From Gemmatimonadota bacterium (GTDB lineage: Bacteria; Gemmatimonadota; Gemmatimonadetes; Palauibacterales; Palauibacteraceae): DNA of 64,000 bases. Below the pieces are notes generated by a model. The model was not told the DNA's origin, did no database searches, and was given only the letters and a program-made list of their open reading frames with translations. Position 1 is the stretch's first letter. Every line of letters starts with the position of its first letter. Location of the stretch: assembly GCA_963666735.1 (NCBI GenBank), contig OY762926.1, positions 3,904,001-3,968,000 of the forward strand, written 5' to 3'. The position numbers and the translations under genes were made by a program. This document shows, one piece after another, positions 58,804 to 64,000 of the stretch.

Positions 58804-61146
58804 GTGGCCGGTCCGGGCTCGACCATCGAGCGGGGATCGCTTGCCGAACCGGGGTCGCTCGCCTTTTTTCCGCTCCTCTACATCGCGTGGGCCGACGGGG
58901 AACTCGCGGTCGAAGAACTGAAACTGCTGCGCGGACACCTGCGCGAGGCCGGGGTGCGCGAGGGAGCCCTCGCCGAGTGGTTCGACCCCGAAGCGCCACC
59001 GTCGGCGGAGCGGCTCCTCCACCTCCTCGATGACGTGCGGCGGCGGGCGGCGGAGGTCTCGCCCGAGCGAAGGCGATCTCTCACGGAACTCGGCATCGCG
59101 ATTGCGGAGGCCGGCGGCAAACACCCGACGCCCGAAGAGCGTGCGGCCATCCTCCGCATCGAGGAGGCGCTGGGCCTGGGCGGTCCGGACGCGGTGGCGA
59201 CGCTGTTCGATCCGGCGCGGCCGATCGCGCCGCTTCCCGGCGTCCAGCCCCGGTTCGATCCGGCGGCGATGGCGCGTTTCCTCGGAGGTCCGGCTCCGGA
59301 GACCCGGAAACGCGTGTGTGCGCTCCTTGCGGACGACCGGTTCGAGACGGCGGCCGGTCTCTCGACGGCCGACTACCGCGCCCAGGTCTCGGCGTGGTGC
59401 CGGGCGCTGGCCGACGAGGGACTCGGGGCCCTCGGCTACCCCGCGGAGTTCGGGGGCGGGAACGATCCCGCGGCCTTCATCGCCACCTTCGAGACGCTCG
59501 CCTTCTTCGACCTCAGCCTGCTCACGAAGTTCGGCGTCCAGTTCGGGCTCTTCGGCGGCAGCATCCACCAGCTCGGGTCCCGGCGACACCACGAGAAATA
59601 CCTGAGAGATGCGGGGACGCTGGCGCTCCCGGGGTGTTTCGCGATGAGCGAGACGCTGCACGGGTCCAACGTCTACGACATTCAGACGACGGCGATCTAC
59701 GACTCCGGGACGCGGGAGCTCGAGGTCCATACCCCGGTTCCGGGGGCGCGCAAGGACTACATCGGGAACGCCGCGCGGGACGGCCGGCTCGCCACGGTGT
59801 TCGCGCAACTGGAGGTCGAAGGGGAAGGGCGCGGCGTGCACGCGATCCTCGTCCCCATCCGCGGCGAAGACGGGGAGACGCTGCCCGGGGTGACGATCGA
59901 GGACTGCGGCGAAAAGCTCGGCCTGAATGGCGTGGACAACGGACGCCTCTATTTCGATCGTGTGCGCGTGCCGCGCGACAACCTCCTCGACCGCTTCGGG
60001 TCGATCGACGACGAGGGGGTCTATCGGAGTCCGATCGCGAGCCCGGCCCGGCGCTTCTTCACCATGCTCGGCACCCTGGTGAGCGGCCGCGTGGCCGTGG
60101 GCAGCGCGGCGCTCGGCGCGACGAAGGTCGCCCTCGCGATCGCGGTCCGGTACGGGGCCCGACGTCGGCAGTTCGGGCCGCCCGGCGAGGCCGAGCGCAT
60201 TCTGCTCGACTATCCCGCCCATCAGCGGCGCCTCCTCCCGCGCCTTGCCACGACGTACGCGCTCAACTTCGCGCTCCACGACCTGCAGGCGGAGTACCTG
60301 GCCTCGGCCACCGCGGCAGCGGAAGCGGGGGGCTCCGGCGAGCCGGAGACTGCGGGCGCGGCGGACCGGCGTCGGCTCGAGGCGGCCGCGGCCGGACTCA
60401 AGGCCTGCGCCACGTGGCATGCGACGGACACCATCCAGGCGTGCCGCGAGTCGTGCGGGGGGCGCGGCTACCTCGCGAACAACCGCTTCGCGGCGCTCAA
60501 GGCGGACAGCGACGTGTTCACGACCTTCGAGGGGGACAACACCGTCCTCATGCAGCTTGTGGCGAAGGATCTCCTCACGGGCTTTCGCCAGCAGTTCGGG
60601 GATCTCGGCGCGCTCGGCCTCGCGCGCTTCGCCGCTGGCCGCGCCCGCCGCGCCATCGCCGAGCGCAACTGGCTCATCTCACGGAAGACGAGCGAGGCGC
60701 ACCTCCGTGACCCGGCGTTCCACGACGCGATTCTCGACGCCCGCCGCTCGGACCTCGTTCTGTCGCTTGCCCGGCGAGTCCGGCACCGGGTCGCGCGCGG
60801 GATGACGTCTTTCGATGCCCTCACCGATTGCCAGCATCACGCGCTCACGGCCGCCCGGGCCCACGTCGAGTGCGAAGTCCTGCGCTCGATGGTCGCGGCC
60901 GAGCGGCGGACGCCGAGTTCGGGCGTCGCCGAGTGGCTCGAGCGTCTGCGCTCCCTCTACGCGCTGGCCACGATCGAGCGCGAGGCGGCGTGGTTCCTGG
61001 AGCAGGGCTATCTGGATCCGCCCAAGAGCAAGGCCATCCGCCGCGCGGTGACCGCGCTCTGCGCCGAAATCCGTCCCCAGGCCATCCCCCTCGTCGACGC
61101 GTTCGACGTCCCCCGATCCTGTCTCGAGGGCTCGATCGGCCTCTGA
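58804..61146 (+). CDS. Acyl-CoA oxidase/dehydrogenase family protein with N-terminal TerB-like helical domain
   Basis: 'GCFAMSETLHGSNV', 'KDYIGNAA', 'KLGLNGVDNG', 'RRQFG', 'CRESCGGRGY', 'TFEGDNTVL', 'LVDAF'; N-terminal 'YIAWADGEL..EE'. Confidence 0.88.
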   Translation: MAGPGSTIERGSLAEPGSLAFFPLLYIAWADGELAVEELKLLRGHLREAGVREGALAEWFDPEAPPSAERLLHLLDDVRRRAAEVSPERRRSLTELGIAIAEAGGKHPTPEERAAILRIEEALGLGGPDAVATLFDPARPIAPLPGVQPRFDPAAMARFLGGPAPETRKRVCALLADDRFETAAGLSTADYRAQVSAWCRALADEGLGALGYPAEFGGGNDPAAFIATFETLAFFDLSLLTKFGVQFGLFGGSIHQLGSRRHHEKYLRDAGTLALPGCFAMSETLHGSNVYDIQTTAIYDSGTRELEVHTPVPGARKDYIGNAARDGRLATVFAQLEVEGEGRGVHAILVPIRGEDGETLPGVTIEDCGEKLGLNGVDNGRLYFDRVRVPRDNLLDRFGSIDDEGVYRSPIASPARRFFTMLGTLVSGRVAVGSAALGATKVALAIAVRYGARRRQFGPPGEAERILLDYPAHQRRLLPRLATTYALNFALHDLQAEYLASATAAAEAGGSGEPETAGAADRRRLEAAAAGLKACATWHATDTIQACRESCGGRGYLANNRFAALKADSDVFTTFEGDNTVLMQLVAKDLLTGFRQQFGDLGALGLARFAAGRARRAIAERNWLISRKTSEAHLRDPAFHDAILDARRSDLVLSLARRVRHRVARGMTSFDALTDCQHHALTAARAHVECEVLRSMVAAERRTPSSGVAEWLERLRSLYALATIEREAAWFLEQGYLDPPKSKAIRRAVTALCAEIRPQAIPLVDAFDVPRSCLEGSIGL

Positions 61147-61302
61147 CGGTGCTGCGTCCCGCACCCGCACTTCGTCCACACACGATGCATACTCAATTCG
61201 GGCGAACCGGCCGCTCGCATGGGCCGCACTCCCCGGTAGCCTCGATCTCCCGCTATCTTTCCAGCGCTTCCAGATTGAAGACACCAAGGCAGGAGGAATC
61301 TC

Positions 61303-62538
61303 TTGGGAAAAGGAAACGCATCCGTACCAAGGGCTATATTTGCCTTGTCGGTCCATTTGATGGCTGCGGGGTCCGTGCGCGGGCAGCAGGTCATCGAACT
61401 CCCCGCCCAAGACCTCTGGTTGGAGTCTGACTTCGAGGGAGTGTACCGAGTTGGCTCCTTCGACGGGCCAGAATGGCAGCAGTTCGGTATGGTCGCAGGT
61501 GTGGCATTCGATGCGGCCGGCACACTTCACATCCTCGATGGTCAGGCGGCACGTGCATTTGTCGTCGGCTTGGACGGCCAACTCATTCGCGAGTACGGCC
61601 AGGCGGGGGAGGGTCCGGGTGAATTCGAGGAAGCCGGCTGGATCGGTGTGGCCAGGGGCGGTCGCGCGATCATCTTCGATTTCCAACGCAACGGCTTCCA
61701 TGTCTTTGATTCCGATGGCCTGATTGAGCGCTTGGTTCGGTTGCCGGGAGACTACAGCTTCATGCCGGAGCAACTGGACGTGCACGACGGGGACGGAATC
61801 AGCCTGGTTCCAAACGGTGCGGTGGGATCGGTGTCGCTGGCGGCGGCTTTGGCGGGGAGCCGTCCCGCGACCGCGGAGGGTACGCGGCCAGTCGTCCGGC
61901 TCGTCCTGGACGGTGACGGAATCCGGACGGACACCCTCGCCCTGGCATGGATGCCGGGTCCGGAGCAACGGCGTTTTCGTGCTCCGGACGGAAGGTATCG
62001 GGATAGAAGGTTGACTCCACCGTTGCTCGTCGGGGCTCTTCCCGGCGGTGGCGTGGTGTTTTCGGATACGTCTGCCTATCGCATCAGTATTGCGGATCCC
62101 GAAGGGACGATTGAACGCGTGCTTACGCGCCCGTTTGCTCCGAAGCCGATGACGGCCCGGATGCGCGAGGTTGCGAAGCAACGCGATATCGAGGCCTTCG
62201 AACGGGAGCTCCCGCGGCTGCGGAACACGATCAACATTTCAGATGACTTGGTCGCTCGCATGCGCGAACGGGAAGAGTCCTTCGAGTTTTTCCACGAGTT
62301 GTCGGTGATCCGAGAGCTACAGACCAGCCCGGACGGAATGATCTGGATTCGGCGAAGTGGCGTCGATCCCATTGCCGTGGGACCGATCGATGTTCTTACC
62401 CCCGACGGTCGATATCTGGGCAGCTATCCGAGCGACCAGCCTATGCCGGCCGCTTTCGGTCCCGACGGACTGCTGGCTTTCATCGAGGCTGACGACCTGG
62501 GGGTGCAAACGGTGGTGGTGGCGCGATTGGACCTGTAG
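61303..62538 (+). CDS. Secreted 6-bladed beta-propeller (NHL/TolB-like) protein
   Basis: AGGAGG RBS plus TTG, signal peptide, '[11 protein letters not shown]', '[11 protein letters not shown]', '[10 protein letters not shown]'; visibly more A/T-ending codons than its neighbours. Confidence 0.8.
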   Translation: MGKGNASVPRAIFALSVHLMAAGSVRGQQVIELPAQDLWLESDFEGVYRVGSFDGPEWQQFGMVAGVAFDAAGTLHILDGQAARAFVVGLDGQLIREYGQAGEGPGEFEEAGWIGVARGGRAIIFDFQRNGFHVFDSDGLIERLVRLPGDYSFMPEQLDVHDGDGISLVPNGAVGSVSLAAALAGSRPATAEGTRPVVRLVLDGDGIRTDTLALAWMPGPEQRRFRAPDGRYRDRRLTPPLLVGALPGGGVVFSDTSAYRISIADPEGTIERVLTRPFAPKPMTARMREVAKQRDIEAFERELPRLRNTINISDDLVARMREREESFEFFHELSVIRELQTSPDGMIWIRRSGVDPIAVGPIDVLTPDGRYLGSYPSDQPMPAAFGPDGLLAFIEADDLGVQTVVVARLDL

Positions 62539-62720
62539 ACGGCGACGGAGGGAAACCGCCTTGATTCGGGCGGTTGACACGGTCGAAATCGGGCTTCTCC
62601 GTGTACGATATGGAGACGCTGCCGACCCGAGATTCCCAGCGTTACAAGCCGTTGTTCCGGGCGGATGTGATTCCGGTAGAGATCGTCCCCACCAGCGGGA
62701 ATCATTCGCGGGAAGCTGGC

Positions 62721-62861
62721 TCACAATACCCGTGCGTTGGTGATCCGGCCATCCAGCGTCCTGTGGACGCGGAGGCTCAGCCCGCGCCCGTCGCCGTAGA
62801 CTCCGGGCCTGCTGACCGTTCGCACGAACGCGGCGGAGAGTGTTCTGGGCCGCTTCGTCAT
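62721..62861 (-). pseudogene. Truncated tyrosine-integrase N-terminal arm-binding domain (46 codons)
   Basis: AAGGAAGGA upstream of ATG; MTKRPRTLSAAFVRTVSRPGVYGDGRGLSLRV... resembles the 'L....V.....PG.Y.DG.GL.L.V' start of P4-type integrases. It stops after 46 aa with no catalytic domain. Not in the ORF track. Confidence 0.7.
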
Positions 62862-62887
62862 GGAGTTCCTTCCTTATGGCATATCAC

Positions 62888-63907
62888 TTACGACTCCTCG
62901 ATTCCGACGACTCGGGCTGACGGCGGGTCCGTGCCCCCGAGTTGAGCGGCGAGATCCAAGGCGTCGATCGGCCAATAGGAGCGCGGACGCGGGCGCCGGA
63001 CGCCGGGTCGGCCCGCTTCGGGGCGGCAACGGAGGATCGCCGCGGTCCAGCGCGCGGGCACCGCCTCCAGCCCGTGGACCGCGCCCAGGAGCGCCCCGCA
63101 GATCGCGGCGTTCGTGTCGGTATCGCCGCCCCTCATCACGCTGTCGATCACGCCCTCTTCGAGCGATGGGGCATGCCGCAGCTGCCACAGCGCGTTGCGG
63201 AGCGCGATCAGGACCCAGCCCATGTGCGTCATGTAGTCTTCCGGGGGCCCGGCCGCGGCCTCCTCGACACACGCCCGCACCGCCGGGCATACCTCCTCCC
63301 TATTCGCCCATGTCACGATCCGGTCGTACAACCCGCGCGGCGTAGGACCGCGGTCGATGGCGTGAGCGAGCGCCATCGCGAAGAGGGCGTTCGCGTCGAG
63401 GCAGACCCGATTCGGGTGCGTGAGGCGGGCGTCTTCCCGCGCCCAGCGCGCGACCGTGTGGAGGGGGTGGGAGGCGCTGAAGATGCCCAGCGGGCTGATT
63501 CGCATCAGCGCCCCGTTGGCCTGGCTCTCGACGCGCGGGTTTCCGAGCAGGCTGTCCCGGATCGTCAAGCCGCAGTCGAACGGGCTCGAATGGAGCCACT
63601 CCACGTATGCGCCGTTCGCCGCCTCCGGGTCGTACGGGCCGCGGGCGATCAGCGTGCGGGCAAGCGCCAGCGCCATCTCGGAGTCGTCCGTGGGCTGTCC
63701 CGCCAGCGTGTCGAACGTGCCCCCGTCCTCGAGGTTGCGGACTCCGTTCGGGTACAGGCGGCGGATGGCCTCGGGCGTCCGAAACTCGACGAGGCTGCCG
63801 AGCGAGTCGCCGGCGAGTTGCCCGATGAGGCAGCCGCGTGCGCGGTCGAGCTTCGGATTCCGGCCGCGGGACGTTCCCGCGGGAACGTCTGCCGACGGTC
63901 TGGTCAT
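62888..63907 (-). CDS. ADP-ribosylglycohydrolase (DraG/ARH family)
   Basis: 'GQLAGDSLG', 'GQPTDDSEM', 'NGALMRISP', 'THP', 'GGDTDTNAAICGALLGA'. Confidence 0.93.
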   Translation of the reverse strand: MTRPSADVPAGTSRGRNPKLDRARGCLIGQLAGDSLGSLVEFRTPEAIRRLYPNGVRNLEDGGTFDTLAGQPTDDSEMALALARTLIARGPYDPEAANGAYVEWLHSSPFDCGLTIRDSLLGNPRVESQANGALMRISPLGIFSASHPLHTVARWAREDARLTHPNRVCLDANALFAMALAHAIDRGPTPRGLYDRIVTWANREEVCPAVRACVEEAAAGPPEDYMTHMGWVLIALRNALWQLRHAPSLEEGVIDSVMRGGDTDTNAAICGALLGAVHGLEAVPARWTAAILRCRPEAGRPGVRRPRPRSYWPIDALDLAAQLGGTDPPSARVVGIEES

Positions 63908-64000
63908 TCCTCCTCCATGCGCCGGGCCATCGCCGTCACGAGATCGGAATCGGGTTCGACGAAGATCGTTTGAACGCGGCTCGGGGCCACCGTGCCCGGC
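63904..64000 (-). CDS. 3' end of an unidentified CDS running off the window
   Basis: Open frame '...PGTVAPSRVQTIFVEPDSDLVTAMARRMEEE*' whose TGA overlaps the ATG of the ADP-ribosylglycohydrolase (ATGA). Confidence 0.5.
   Translation of the reverse strand, partial: PGTVAPSRVQTIFVEPDSDLVTAMARRMEEE

Noticed and set aside
62574..62945. 123-aa + strand ORF as a real gene
   Set aside because: No recognisable motif; it overlaps the integrase remnant and the end of the ADP-ribosylglycohydrolase on the opposite strand.

Overview
A high-GC bacterial chromosomal segment. Gene content and style suggest Gemmatimonadota/FCB group, but that is inference only. It carries mostly housekeeping genes: mazG, alr-cdd, miaB, comEC, fbp, a purB-C-S-Q-L-F operon, an HtrA protease, truA, lexA, and a split trp pathway (trpD | trpC-F-B | trpA). 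These are interspersed with many secreted hydrolases and transport proteins. Main points: (1) an AhpD-like peroxidase directly behind trpB has an in-frame TGA at the second Cys of its CxxC motif (C-R-Y-U), followed by a SECIS-like hairpin, i.e. a selenoprotein that the ORF track splits in two; (2) a complete 1506-bp IS1202-type insertion sequence with TGT...ACA ends, a 17-bp target duplication and a frameshifted transposase; (3) two tandem CCGAA-N6-CCGAA direct repeats in the lexA/trpC divergent promoter, a candidate lineage-specific SOS box; (4) about 13.8 kb of accessory genes, including a RelBE-type TA pair, between trpB and trpA; (5) a 46-codon integrase arm-domain remnant near the right edge; (6) clusters of Bacteroidota-type O-glycosylation sequons in secreted proteins; (7) many short tandem duplications. 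No rRNA, tRNA or CRISPR array was seen. All family assignments come from motif recognition by eye; no database searches were run.
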